From Candidatus Latescibacterota bacterium (GTDB lineage: Bacteria; Latescibacterota; UBA2968; UBA8231), in the NCBI GenBank assembly GCA_965248355.1, contig OZ252098.1, forward strand, positions 3,328,001 to 3,392,000: a stretch of 64,000 bases of DNA. Reading direction: 5' to 3'. Shown in pieces: positions 29,019 through 38,139 of this stretch. The translations under genes were made by a program, and so were the position numbers. The first letter of the stretch is position 1. Each line of letters starts with the position of its first letter. The notes under the pieces were generated by a model, which ran no database searches, had not been told where the DNA came from, and saw only the letters and a program-made list of their open reading frames with translations.

Positions 29019-29494
29019 GGCGTCACCTGTGGTTGCAGCATCGGATCGGTAAGCAGTTCGACGACCACAATCCCTTTCTTGTGGCCGCTGGACCGATCCA
29101 CTGGGAAGAACTCGAAAAAACTCTGTCCGACATCGATACAGATCATCGATGACGGGAAGAACTCACCCTGAAACCGCGCTTTCTGGGCGGCCCTCTGATT
29201 ACTGAAGTCGAGAAAAACCGGATCGAGCTTTCTGGAACCGACGCCCGTGGGATCCCAACAGGCATCGAAGTCACGAGGCTTTGGTTTGCCCGTCACATAG
29301 CTGCCATCAAGATATATCCGCAGGCAGCCGGCTGTGAGCAGACTGCGGACTCCGTCTATGAGACCATCGAACAGCGAGCGACGCCATGGGTTGGTCGCAA
29401 ACCTGTCGGCGACGGCGGCAAAGTCAGCGGAGTGCAAGCCTTGAGGCAAGACGGGCCAAGGAGACCCTGGGAGCGTGATCATGGCCGGGATCAT
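29015..29494 (-). CDS. DUF6932-like minimal nucleotidyltransferase (pol-beta fold)
   Basis: LPQGLH, YLDGSYVTGKPKPRDFD (GS...DxD), KKGIV; ATGA overlap with the HTH-ImmA gene. Confidence 0.75.
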   Translation of the reverse strand: MIPAMITLPGSPWPVLPQGLHSADFAAVADRFATNPWRRSLFDGLIDGVRSLLTAGCLRIYLDGSYVTGKPKPRDFDACWDPTGVGSRKLDPVFLDFSNQRAAQKARFQGEFFPSSMICIDVGQSFFEFFPVDRSSGHKKGIVVVELLTDPMLQPQVTP

Positions 29495-29531
29495 ATCTAC
29501 AACAATAATGTTGTAAGCGGGAGGCTGTCAA
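29495..29531 (-). promoter_or_regulatory. leaderless sigma70 promoter TTGACA-N18-TATTGT-N7-ATG with palindromic operator TACAACA-N4-TGTTGTA
   Basis: -35 at 29531-29526 includes the TGA of the MFS gene; -10 at 29507-29502; perfect 7-bp inverted repeat at 29498-29515; no SD. Confidence 0.65.
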
Positions 29532-30748
29532 CCTTCGCCGCCGGCATACTCGAACCGGCGATCCAAGCAGGGCCCCAACACACGGCACATGGGCAGCACG
29601 GCGAGCACGAACCCGGCGATCGCCGCCAGGGCCGTGCTGACGCCCCACAGGTCGCTGACCACGCCGAAGGCGGGGGGCGACATGGCGCCGGCGCCGATCC
29701 CCAGCGTGTAGAACAACCCGTAGGCCCGCGCCTGTCGGTCGCCGTCCACGAAGTCGCCGATCGTCCCGTAGAGGACGGAGGAGGTGCCGTTGAGGGCCAC
29801 CCCCAGCACGGGGAGGACGGCCAGCGCCAGGTCGAGAGGCAGCAGGATGGCGGCTGCGATCAGCGCCGTGGTGGCGGACTCGGTGAGGACCACGGTGCGC
29901 AGGATGCCCACGCGCTCGGCCACGAGGCCGCAGACCAGCTTGCCGGCGGCCCCTCCGGCGAAGACGAGGGCCAGCGCCACGCCCACCATCGGCAACGAGG
30001 CCCCCTTCTCCACCAGCAGGAAGGGCAGGAAGGTGAGGAAGGAGAGGCGGGCGCCGGTGTCGATCATGCCGATGACGGCGAGGAGGGCGAAGCCGCGCCG
30101 GTCGGCGATGCCCCAGCCGCGTCCGGTCTCCTCCCGGGCCCTGGGGGCCGGCTCCGCCCCCGTGGCCGCAGGCCGCCCAGGCAGCAACGCCCCCAAGGCG
30201 ACGGCGCCGCAGATGGCGAACACCCCGTACGCCGCCGCGCTCGTCTGCCATCCGTACGCCGCCGCTCCCGCGGCCACCGCCGCCGGCGCCACCACCTTGC
30301 CGAGGTCGCCCGTGAAGTTGTAGGTGCCCAGCGCCGCCCGCCGCCGCGCCGCCGGATAGGCCCGCGAGATGATGGAGGAGACCAGGGGATGCTGGGTCCC
30401 GCAGCCGGTGCCCGCCACGACGAGGAAGGCCGCGAGGCTGAGGAAGCCGCCCGCCCATCCCAGCAGAACGTAGGCGAGCCCGGCCAGCGCCGTGCCGGCG
30501 GCGAGTACGGCCCGTTCTCCGTAGCGCTCGGCAAGGAGGCCCGCCGGCACCTGGGTCGCCGCCAGCGTGCCCGCCATGACCATCTTCAGGGCCCCCACCT
30601 CGGTGTGGGTCAGGGCGAAGGCGGCCGCCCACCGGGGCAGCAGCACGTAGATGCAGTCGGTGAAGCCGTCGTGGATGGCGTGGGCGAAGCCGCCGGTGAC
30701 CAGGACCTTGCGCCTGGACCGGGCCGGGTCCTGCGGACCGGGTCTCAC
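29528..30748 (-). CDS. MFS transporter (Fsr-like)
   Basis: HAIHDG, GLLAERYGER, QHP, YNFTGDLGK; about 12 TM segments; GTGA coupling. Confidence 0.88.
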   Translation of the reverse strand: MRPGPQDPARSRRKVLVTGGFAHAIHDGFTDCIYVLLPRWAAAFALTHTEVGALKMVMAGTLAATQVPAGLLAERYGERAVLAAGTALAGLAYVLLGWAGGFLSLAAFLVVAGTGCGTQHPLVSSIISRAYPAARRRAALGTYNFTGDLGKVVAPAAVAAGAAAYGWQTSAAAYGVFAICGAVALGALLPGRPAATGAEPAPRAREETGRGWGIADRRGFALLAVIGMIDTGARLSFLTFLPFLLVEKGASLPMVGVALALVFAGGAAGKLVCGLVAERVGILRTVVLTESATTALIAAAILLPLDLALAVLPVLGVALNGTSSVLYGTIGDFVDGDRQARAYGLFYTLGIGAGAMSPPAFGVVSDLWGVSTALAAIAGFVLAVLPMCRVLGPCLDRRFEYAGGEG

Positions 30749-31983
30749 GGCGCCCTCCGGTCCGGCCTCGGTCCGAACCAGGCCACCATGATCAGGCCGC
30801 TCACCGTCCGCGAGGCGCAGGCCAGCCCGAAGACCAGTCCGTAACCGTACTCGAGAATGAGAACGCCGCCGGTCAGGCTGCCGAGGAAGGCCAGCAACTG
30901 GAAGCCGCACACGCGGAAGGCCTGGATGCGGGCCCAGAAACGCCGGGGCAGCATCTGGGTGGTGAAATGCTGGTCGGAGGGGATGTCGATGACCTCACCG
31001 GCGCGCGCCAGCAGGAACATGGGGATGGCCACCGGCAGACTGACGAAGGCGCCCATGATCCCCACGGCTCCGCCGCCGGCCGCCCGGGAGGTCAGGATGG
31101 TCAGGGTCGATCCGAAGCGGCGCACCAGGGCCGGCACGCTGAAGGTGAAGGGCAGGCCCACGAGGTGGCTCAGGAAGAACACGGCGCCGATGGCGACCGG
31201 GCCGATGTGCAGCTGCTCCTCGAAGAACACGTTGAAGAAGGGGTAGGTGAGCCCCATGGAGAAGCCGCGCAGGCCGGCGGTGGCGGCGATGACGGCAAAG
31301 ACGCTCCGCGGACGGTCGGTGTCCTGCTCTTCCTCCGGGCCCGGCTCCCGGAGCGGCGCCGAGGGCCGCCGCGGGATGCGCAGCAGGGGCACCACCGAGA
31401 CCAGGGAGCAGGCGGCCCCGAGGAGCAGGGCATACCGGAAGGGCTCGGGCACGTCGGTGGAGGTGCCGAGGAACCAGCCCATGGCTCCGGGGAGAAAGCC
31501 GCCGGCGAGACTCAGGAGCATGCGGACCACGACCTGAACGGCGGACCAGACGACGATCGCCTCGGCGCGCCGGGACGGATGGGCGTTGTCGGACAGGAAG
31601 GGCACGTGGTTGACCCAGATGAAGGCGTTGGCCACGCCGCCCACGAAGGAGAAGGCCAGCAAGGCGATGGAGGCCGTCGACAGACACAGCCCGAGCTGCG
31701 ACACGGCCAGCAGCAGGCCCGAGGCGATCAGGAAGGGGCGGCGCCCCAGGCGGTCGCTGAGCATGCCCGTGGGCAGGGCCAGCAGGGCCGTGGCCAGCGG
31801 CGCCATGGCCGCCACCTGGCCGATGAAGTCCTCCTGATAGCTCAGGCGCAGCAGGTAGAGATTGTAGAGCAGGAAGTAGAGGGTCATCCCGGCGTTGATG
31901 GAGAACCCGAAGAGGAAGAACGACCGCACGTCGCGGTTGAAGCTCCGCGGCCGGAAGCCGCGCACCGCGGTGCCGAAGCTCAT
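30745..31983 (-). CDS. MFS transporter
   Basis: GMLSDRLGRR motif A; LLYNLYL; about 12 TM segments. Confidence 0.88.
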   Translation of the reverse strand: MSFGTAVRGFRPRSFNRDVRSFFLFGFSINAGMTLYFLLYNLYLLRLSYQEDFIGQVAAMAPLATALLALPTGMLSDRLGRRPFLIASGLLLAVSQLGLCLSTASIALLAFSFVGGVANAFIWVNHVPFLSDNAHPSRRAEAIVVWSAVQVVVRMLLSLAGGFLPGAMGWFLGTSTDVPEPFRYALLLGAACSLVSVVPLLRIPRRPSAPLREPGPEEEQDTDRPRSVFAVIAATAGLRGFSMGLTYPFFNVFFEEQLHIGPVAIGAVFFLSHLVGLPFTFSVPALVRRFGSTLTILTSRAAGGGAVGIMGAFVSLPVAIPMFLLARAGEVIDIPSDQHFTTQMLPRRFWARIQAFRVCGFQLLAFLGSLTGGVLILEYGYGLVFGLACASRTVSGLIMVAWFGPRPDRRAP

Positions 31984-32081
31984 CGGCGCTCACCGCCCCC
32001 CGCCGCAGCGCGCCCACCCGGCGCCCGGCGGTGCGGTCCTCGGGCCCGGTCGGCACAGCCCTGGATCCCGCGTCCCACGGA

Positions 32082-33245
32082 CTAGGGGGAGGCCCCCTGC
32101 CGCCGCCGCTCGAGCAGGTAGTCGGCCACCAGACGAGCGGCCAGGTCATGCCCCTCCGGCGTCCAGTGGCTCTCCTCGTAGTAGAGCCGCCGGTGCCCGG
32201 CCTGTTTCCGGAATCCCTCGGACAGGTCCAGCAGGGGGATGCCGGTCCGGGCCGCCTCGGCGGCCAGCCGGCGGCTGGGCCTGGCCAGGTCGAACTCGCC
32301 GATGAGGCCGAAGAGGTCGCGCTTCATCCGCCAGTTCCCGTCCTCGATCTGCACGATGGACGGCACGTACACCAGGATCAGCTCGGCGCCCGCCCGGGAG
32401 GCGCCGTCCCGGAAGGCCCGCAGGATCTCCCCGGTCAGCCGCCAGTAGCGGTCGATCGCCGGATCGGGACCTGTTCCGTAGAGGACTTCGTAGAAGCGCT
32501 GCCGGGACCCGGCCGGGATCCCGGACCCGGACAGGGACTTGCGAACCAGGGCGTAGACGTGGAGGCGCTCCTTCAGGTGCTTGTCCAGCCTCCCGTGCCA
32601 CGGCCAGGCCCGTGAGCCGTCCCAGAAGCGGCTCCTCCGCACGGGGACGCCGAGCAGGCGCAGCCGGCCCCTCGGATCGACCCGGAAGTGCGGCTTGTAC
32701 CCGCGCTCGGAGCCGATGCCCTTGTCGCTGGCGTTGTTGATCAGGTCGTTGGCGTAGAAGAACAGCAGGACGTGATCGGGCCGGTACTCCTTGCCCCCCT
32801 GCTCGAACAGCAGCAGCTCCTGATCGGTGCCGTACCCCGCCACGCCGAAGTTGATGCCCTCCACCAGGGTGCCGGCCATCTCCGACTGCAGCCGCGCCTC
32901 CAGCCGGCTGCTCACCGCGTCCTCCGCCCGCACCCCCCATCCCTCGACGAAGGAGTCGCCGAAGAGGAGCAGCCTCCAACTGCCGGGCCGCCTGTCGACC
33001 GGGTAGCTCCGGTCCCGCAGCCCCTCGGCGTTGATGCGCATCTCCACCTCGAACTCCGGCCGCCGCATCCATCCCGAGGCGCCGGGGACGTGGTGCCAGC
33101 CCAGCCGGTCGTCGAACCGCCACACGGACGGCTGGCGGGAGACCTGCGGCTTCCACCAGCTCAGCAGCCCTTCGCACAGCAGCAGTCCGGCCGCCAGACC
33201 GGCGACCCCCAGCAGGATCTCCCTGCCCCTCACCCAGCGCCTCAC
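32082..33245 (-). CDS. SGNH/GDSL hydrolase-family protein, membrane anchored
   Basis: GDSFVEG, NFGVAGYGTDQ, ANDL, ESHWTPEGH. Confidence 0.85.
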   Translation of the reverse strand: MRRWVRGREILLGVAGLAAGLLLCEGLLSWWKPQVSRQPSVWRFDDRLGWHHVPGASGWMRRPEFEVEMRINAEGLRDRSYPVDRRPGSWRLLLFGDSFVEGWGVRAEDAVSSRLEARLQSEMAGTLVEGINFGVAGYGTDQELLLFEQGGKEYRPDHVLLFFYANDLINNASDKGIGSERGYKPHFRVDPRGRLRLLGVPVRRSRFWDGSRAWPWHGRLDKHLKERLHVYALVRKSLSGSGIPAGSRQRFYEVLYGTGPDPAIDRYWRLTGEILRAFRDGASRAGAELILVYVPSIVQIEDGNWRMKRDLFGLIGEFDLARPSRRLAAEAARTGIPLLDLSEGFRKQAGHRRLYYEESHWTPEGHDLAARLVADYLLERRRQGASP

Positions 33246-33254
33246 CCCCCCTGC

Positions 33255-34379
33255 CTACTTCAGGGCGAAGACCACGGGATCCAGGCCCTCCACCTCCACC
33301 GTCAGGCTGTTGCGATTGGGAGGGACGTCGAACAGGAGCAGAAGCCAGGTCTTCTCACCGGCGCCGAGGCGCAGTTGCAGGGCGCCCGTGAACTCCGGAT
33401 TCAGCAGCGAGGACCCCTCCCCGGGGGCGCCCGGAAGCCCGAAGGCCTTCAGTTCCTCCGGCCGCTCCAGCGTCTTGCGGCCATTCAGGAGGAGCGCGCT
33501 CGACGTCGTGGCCAGCGTTCCCTCGAAGGTGAGATCCCGACTCCCGGCCGCCTGGTTCTCGAGCTGGACCGTCACCTCCTGGTAGGCCCCGGTCTCCGGC
33601 GCGGGCCCATCGGCCTCGCCGTAGGAGACGGCGGCGGCGTCCCCTCCCTGGAGGAAGGACCAGGCCGAGCCGGAGCCGGCCGGCGCGCGGCCGTCGTAGT
33701 GCACCCACGAGCGCGCTCCGGCGGCGGCGGCGCGGATCCCTGGAGACCCGCGCCGGCGCGCTTCCTCTGCGTACTTGCCGTCGGGGAAGCGCTCCAGGAA
33801 GGCCTGGTAGGCCTCCGGCGTGCCGGCCGAGCGCGCCTCCAGGAAAAGCAGCCGCTCGAGGACGGCCCGGGCCCGGTCCGCGACGGGTCCGTCGGGATTG
33901 CGCTCCAGGAAGGCCTCGTAGTCGGCCGGATCGCGGCTGCGCCCGAGCTCGGCCAGGAGGAAGGGGGCCATGCGCTCCTGCGCGTCGTCGACGAAGCGGC
34001 CTTCGGGGTAGGCCTTGAGGTAGTGCTCGTAGGCCCCCTGCGTGTTCTGCCGCTGGGCCTGGACCCAGTGCATCATCTCCACCGCCTTCCACGCCTCCTC
34101 GGTGTGCTGGCCGTCGGGGTGGAGCTCCAGGAACCCGGTGAAGGCTTCGAGGGTGTTCTCCTTCTGGGCCTGCTTGAAACGCAGGGTCTCCAGCGCCTTC
34201 CGGGCGTCGGCGGCGAACTCGCCCTCCGGGTAGCGCTCCAGGAACTGCTCGTAGCCCTCGGCGCTGCGCTTCATCCTGGCGTCCTGCCAGACCCTCTCCT
34301 CGGACTCGCCGCACGCCAGCAGCACCGCCGCCAGAAGCAGGGGCCACGGTCCCGGCCCGGGGATCTTCGACCTCGTCAT
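33255..34379 (-). CDS. lipoprotein with five alpha-helical repeats of about 31 aa (YxxFLxxYPxGxFA)
   Basis: Lipobox LLAC; repeats YEQFLERYPEG, FTGFLELHPDG, YEHYLKAYPEG, YEAFLERNPDG, YQAFLERFPDG. Confidence 0.75.
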   Translation of the reverse strand: MTRSKIPGPGPWPLLLAAVLLACGESEERVWQDARMKRSAEGYEQFLERYPEGEFAADARKALETLRFKQAQKENTLEAFTGFLELHPDGQHTEEAWKAVEMMHWVQAQRQNTQGAYEHYLKAYPEGRFVDDAQERMAPFLLAELGRSRDPADYEAFLERNPDGPVADRARAVLERLLFLEARSAGTPEAYQAFLERFPDGKYAEEARRRGSPGIRAAAAGARSWVHYDGRAPAGSGSAWSFLQGGDAAAVSYGEADGPAPETGAYQEVTVQLENQAAGSRDLTFEGTLATTSSALLLNGRKTLERPEELKAFGLPGAPGEGSSLLNPEFTGALQLRLGAGEKTWLLLLFDVPPNRNSLTVEVEGLDPVVFALK

Positions 34380-34470
34380 GTTGCGCTCCTCGCCTTCGCT
34401 TCGGTTCCTGGTGTGCGGATTTTCGGACGGCCGCGGGCAAAGGATAGGCCGGCGCGGCTCGATGGACGAA

Positions 34471-35043
34471 CTACCCGGCCATGGCCCGCGGCCACAGCCA
34501 GGCGAAGGTCCCGGCGGTCACCAGGGCGTACAGCAGGGCGTCGAAGAGCTGCTTGACCTGCTGGGACCACGGCAGGCCGAACCACACCGACTCCAGGACG
34601 CGCCCCCAACCGTACAACAGCCAGGCCACGGCCCCGGCCAGTCGGAAGACCTCCATGCACTCCGCTCCGGGGGCCAGGGCGCGGCCGGTCACGTAGGCCA
34701 CGGCGGCCCCGGCGATCAGGAAGTACACGAAGGTCGTCACCATCCTGCCGGCCATGGCCGGGTCTCCGTTGGGCAGCACGGTCATGAAGGCCACCGGGCC
34801 CTCGGCGAACTTCCTCTGGTTCTCCGGCTCCTTCATCGCCTCCCGCGAGGCGATGTTGGGGATGTTGTAGAGTCCGGGCGCCAGGTTCTGCGGCTGCAGC
34901 GCCCCGCGGGCGGCCTCCTCGTCGGGCAGGCCGCGGTAGTCGGACTTGTGGTGGGGCAGCGCCATCCAGACGACGGCGCTGACGATCCAGACCAGGGCTC
35001 CCGACAACAGGATGGGGAGCCAGAGATCGGGCAGGGTTGTCAC
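34471..35043 (-). CDS. conserved hypothetical membrane protein
   Basis: RBS AAGGGAGG + GTG; LWLPILLS..WMALPHHKSD, PGLY, GP, ends WLWP; 4 TM segments. Confidence 0.7.
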   Translation of the reverse strand: MTTLPDLWLPILLSGALVWIVSAVVWMALPHHKSDYRGLPDEEAARGALQPQNLAPGLYNIPNIASREAMKEPENQRKFAEGPVAFMTVLPNGDPAMAGRMVTTFVYFLIAGAAVAYVTGRALAPGAECMEVFRLAGAVAWLLYGWGRVLESVWFGLPWSQQVKQLFDALLYALVTAGTFAWLWPRAMAG

Positions 35044-35047
35044 GGGA

Positions 35048-35980
35048 TCATCCTCCCTTGGCGAGTACGGGTGAAGACACGTCTTTGCATTCCTCCGCGA
35101 GCGGGCCATCCAGCGGCGGCAGTCCGAGGGCGCGCACCGCCCAGGGCAGGGCCGTGCGCAACTGCTTGCGCTGCACCTCGCGCACCCGCGGCGCCGTGGG
35201 GATCTTCGGCAGCCCGGCCCTCTGGGCGAAGTAGCCGCTGATCACCGCGGCCAGGGGGCCCGCGCCGGGCAGGGTCTCCTCCGGCGCCGGACCGCCCTCG
35301 GCATGCAGGCTCGGCGCCCAACCGGCGATGTCCAGGTCCGGGTGGGCGACGACGGCGTGGTTCCAGTCCACCAGCACCGCCCGGCCGTCCCGGAAGCAGA
35401 GGTTGTCGCTGCGCACGTCCAGATGGGCCGGGAACGACCCATCGAGGGCCGCGCCTTCCGAGGCCTCGGCCAGCGCCGGGGCGTTGTCGCGGAGCCATCG
35501 CTCGGTGGCCAGCCCCAGGGACAGGAACGGCGCCGCTTCCTCGGCCACCCGCTGCCAGCCGCCCGTCAGCTCCCGCTCGATCTCGGCCACCGGAGGCAGG
35601 GCGCCAGCGGGATCGACGGCCCGCAGCGCCGCGAGAGCGTCGAGCACCTGGTCGACCCTGCGGTCGTCCCAGGGAGGCGGCCAGAAGCAGCCGCTCAGGT
35701 CTTCCAGGAGCAGCAGCGGCCGCTCGCCGTCGTCCCACCCCCGCAGCCGGGGCATGAAGTCGCCGGCGATGGCGGCGTAGGCCCGGTGCTCGTCGCGCAG
35801 CCACCCCGCCGTCGTCGGATCGACGCCGATCTTGGCGAAGGCCCTGTCGCCGCCCTCCAGCTCCACCACCCAGCGCTCGGCCGGGGTATAGCCCCCGGCG
35901 GCGCGGCGGAAGCCGGTGGGACGCCGGCCGGTGAGGTCGCCCATGCGGGCGATGTCCTCGCTCCGGGGTCCCTCCTTCAA
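35048..35980 (-). CDS. aminoglycoside phosphotransferase (APH)-fold kinase
   Basis: GGYT, AFAK, LLLEDLS, HLDVRSDN, LVDW; start is TTG 35980 (coupled) or ATG 35944. Confidence 0.8.
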   Translation of the reverse strand: MKEGPRSEDIARMGDLTGRRPTGFRRAAGGYTPAERWVVELEGGDRAFAKIGVDPTTAGWLRDEHRAYAAIAGDFMPRLRGWDDGERPLLLLEDLSGCFWPPPWDDRRVDQVLDALAALRAVDPAGALPPVAEIERELTGGWQRVAEEAAPFLSLGLATERWLRDNAPALAEASEGAALDGSFPAHLDVRSDNLCFRDGRAVLVDWNHAVVAHPDLDIAGWAPSLHAEGGPAPEETLPGAGPLAAVISGYFAQRAGLPKIPTAPRVREVQRKQLRTALPWAVRALGLPPLDGPLAEECKDVSSPVLAKGG

Positions 35981-36984
35981 GGGTTCCACACCCGCTCGAA
36001 GAGAGACAGCCAGTTGCCCCCCAGCAGCTTGGTGATCTCCCCGGCGCCGTAGCCCCGGTCGGCCAGCGCGTCGGCCAGATTGGGAAACTCCGCCGGGCTG
36101 TCGATCCCCCTGGGCTGGAAGCTGAGCTCGGTGTACGGCATGGACCCGTCCACGAAGGTGGAGGGGAACTTGGTGCCCTGCTGCGATCCGATGTACCGCC
36201 AGAACTCCGAGGGCTGGTCGTGGGTGGAATCGGTGCCGATGGCCACGTGGTCGATGCCGATGCGCTGCACCATGTCGTCGATGGCGTCGACGAAGTCCTC
36301 CACCGTCGAGTCGAACCCCTTGGGAAGGAAGGGGGCAAAGGAGGTGGCGCCCACGACGCCCCCCTTCTCGGCGACGGCCACGAGGGCCTCTTCCTCCTTG
36401 TTGCGCGGGTGGCCGCAAAGACTGCGGGCGTTGGCGTGGGTGATGGCCACCGGCTGCTCGGAGGTCTCGATCGCCTCCAGCGTCGTCCTCGGGCCCACGT
36501 GGGACAGGTCGATGAGGATGCCCAGGCGGTTCATCTCGCGCACCGCGTCGACGCCGAAGTTGCTCAGACCGGCGTCGTTGCGCTCCCAGCAGCCGCTGCC
36601 GAGCAGGTTGGTCTCGTGGTAGGTCAACTGGATGACCCGCACGCCGAGGGCCAGGAACAGCCCCAGGCGGTCGAGCTCGTTCTCTATGGGCGAGGCGTTC
36701 TGAAAGCCGAGGATGATCCCGGTCCGGCCGAGCTTCTTGGCGGCGAGAATGTCGGCCGTCTCCTTCACCTGCAGGATGTCGTCCCGCTCCCGGAAGCGCC
36801 GCATCCACGCCGACAGGTGGGCCATGGTCTGCACGAAGTTCTCCCACGTGGCCACCGTGGCGTTGATGGCGGTGACGTCACCGGCCCGCAGCCGCTCGAA
36901 GACGGCGTCGCTCTCCCAGTTGCTGACGTTCAGACCGTCGATCACCACCGCCTCGTCGTAGATCCGCCGCGCTTCACTCGACAT
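35977..36984 (-). CDS. membrane dipeptidase (M19) family protein
   Basis: GFQN, QLTYH, IDLSHVG, THAN, HPRNK, GIDHVAIGTD, LGGNW. Confidence 0.88.
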   Translation of the reverse strand: MSSEARRIYDEAVVIDGLNVSNWESDAVFERLRAGDVTAINATVATWENFVQTMAHLSAWMRRFRERDDILQVKETADILAAKKLGRTGIILGFQNASPIENELDRLGLFLALGVRVIQLTYHETNLLGSGCWERNDAGLSNFGVDAVREMNRLGILIDLSHVGPRTTLEAIETSEQPVAITHANARSLCGHPRNKEEEALVAVAEKGGVVGATSFAPFLPKGFDSTVEDFVDAIDDMVQRIGIDHVAIGTDSTHDQPSEFWRYIGSQQGTKFPSTFVDGSMPYTELSFQPRGIDSPAEFPNLADALADRGYGAGEITKLLGGNWLSLFERVWNP

Positions 36985-38126
36985 CACACCGCTCCCTTCT
37001 CGAAACGTCTTCCGATCCTGAACAGGTCCCCGAGGTGGTTCTCCCGGTCCTCGAGGGCGTCGGCGATCACCGGGCCTATGGAGCCGCCGAACTTGAAGCC
37101 GTGGCCGCAGCCGCAGCCGGCGATCAGCACCCGCTGGCACCCCGGGGCCCAGTCGATGACGAAATCCTCGTCCTCCATTTCGGCCATGTTGGTGTAGAGG
37201 CAGGAGCGGCCGCCGACGAGGTCGGCGCCGTCGAGGGCCGGGATGCGCTCGGCCACGAACTCCCGCGCCCACGCGAGAAAGGCCGGTGTCGGCTCGCGGG
37301 GGACATCGACCGCGGCGTCCTCCACCTTGCTGTCCTCGGCCACCTTCACGAACCCCTCGTGCAGCCAGGGGAACCCGTACCAGAGGTTGCCGGGCGACAG
37401 GATCGACCACACGGGGAAACGGCCGCGCTCGAATGGGGCCGGATCCTTGGGGAGGAAAAAGGCCATCTGCTGCCGCGTGATGCGCACCCGGGGCTTCATC
37501 ACCGGCAGCAGCTCCGCCACCCAGGGGCCGGCGGCCACGATCACGCGGTCCCAGTCCCGGGACTGCGAGGCCCACCTCACCCGGGCGCCGGAACCGGTCT
37601 CCTCGACGGCGGCCACCAAGGTGTTCTCCCGGACCTCCACACCTGCGTCCCGGGCGAGGCCGGCGAGGTCGGTCAGCGCCTGGCCGCTGCGCAGGTACCC
37701 GGCCCAGGGGTCGTGGAACAGGCGATCCTCGCCGCTCACGGCGAACTGCGGAAACCGTTCCTCCACCTCCCCGGCCGTCAGCTCGGTCACATCCTTGCCC
37801 AACCGGCTCAGCGTCTCCCAGCCGGCCAGGGCCTCGTGCTCCGGCCCGAAGCCGCGCACGGCGATCAGCTTGCCGGTCTGGAAGTAGATGGACCGGCTGG
37901 TGCGCTCGTGCCACTCCCGCCACTGCGCCGCCGCCCGCGTCACCAGCTCGACGTAGATCTCGTTCGGGTAGTTGGTGCGCCGGATCGCCTTGGAGACGTC
38001 GGTGCTCGACGCCTCCGGGTTGGGGATCCCGCCGCGCTCCACGAGGGTCACCTCGTGACCGCGCCGCCGCAACTCCAGCGCCGCCGCCAGGCCGAAGATC
38101 CCGGCGCCGACGATGCAGACGTTCAT
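36984..38126 (-). CDS. FAD-dependent oxidoreductase (sarcosine/fructosyl-amine oxidase-like)
   Basis: GAGIFG, ASSTDVSKAIR, AAGPW, CLYT, GHGFKF. Confidence 0.85.
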   Translation of the reverse strand: MNVCIVGAGIFGLAAALELRRRGHEVTLVERGGIPNPEASSTDVSKAIRRTNYPNEIYVELVTRAAAQWREWHERTSRSIYFQTGKLIAVRGFGPEHEALAGWETLSRLGKDVTELTAGEVEERFPQFAVSGEDRLFHDPWAGYLRSGQALTDLAGLARDAGVEVRENTLVAAVEETGSGARVRWASQSRDWDRVIVAAGPWVAELLPVMKPRVRITRQQMAFFLPKDPAPFERGRFPVWSILSPGNLWYGFPWLHEGFVKVAEDSKVEDAAVDVPREPTPAFLAWAREFVAERIPALDGADLVGGRSCLYTNMAEMEDEDFVIDWAPGCQRVLIAGCGCGHGFKFGGSIGPVIADALEDRENHLGDLFRIGRRFEKGAV

Positions 38127-38139
38127 GATGGCAGGCCTT

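Noticed and set aside
35048..35980. Antibiotic-resistance call for the APH-fold gene
   Set aside because: The fold is shared by many small-molecule kinases and the context is metabolic.
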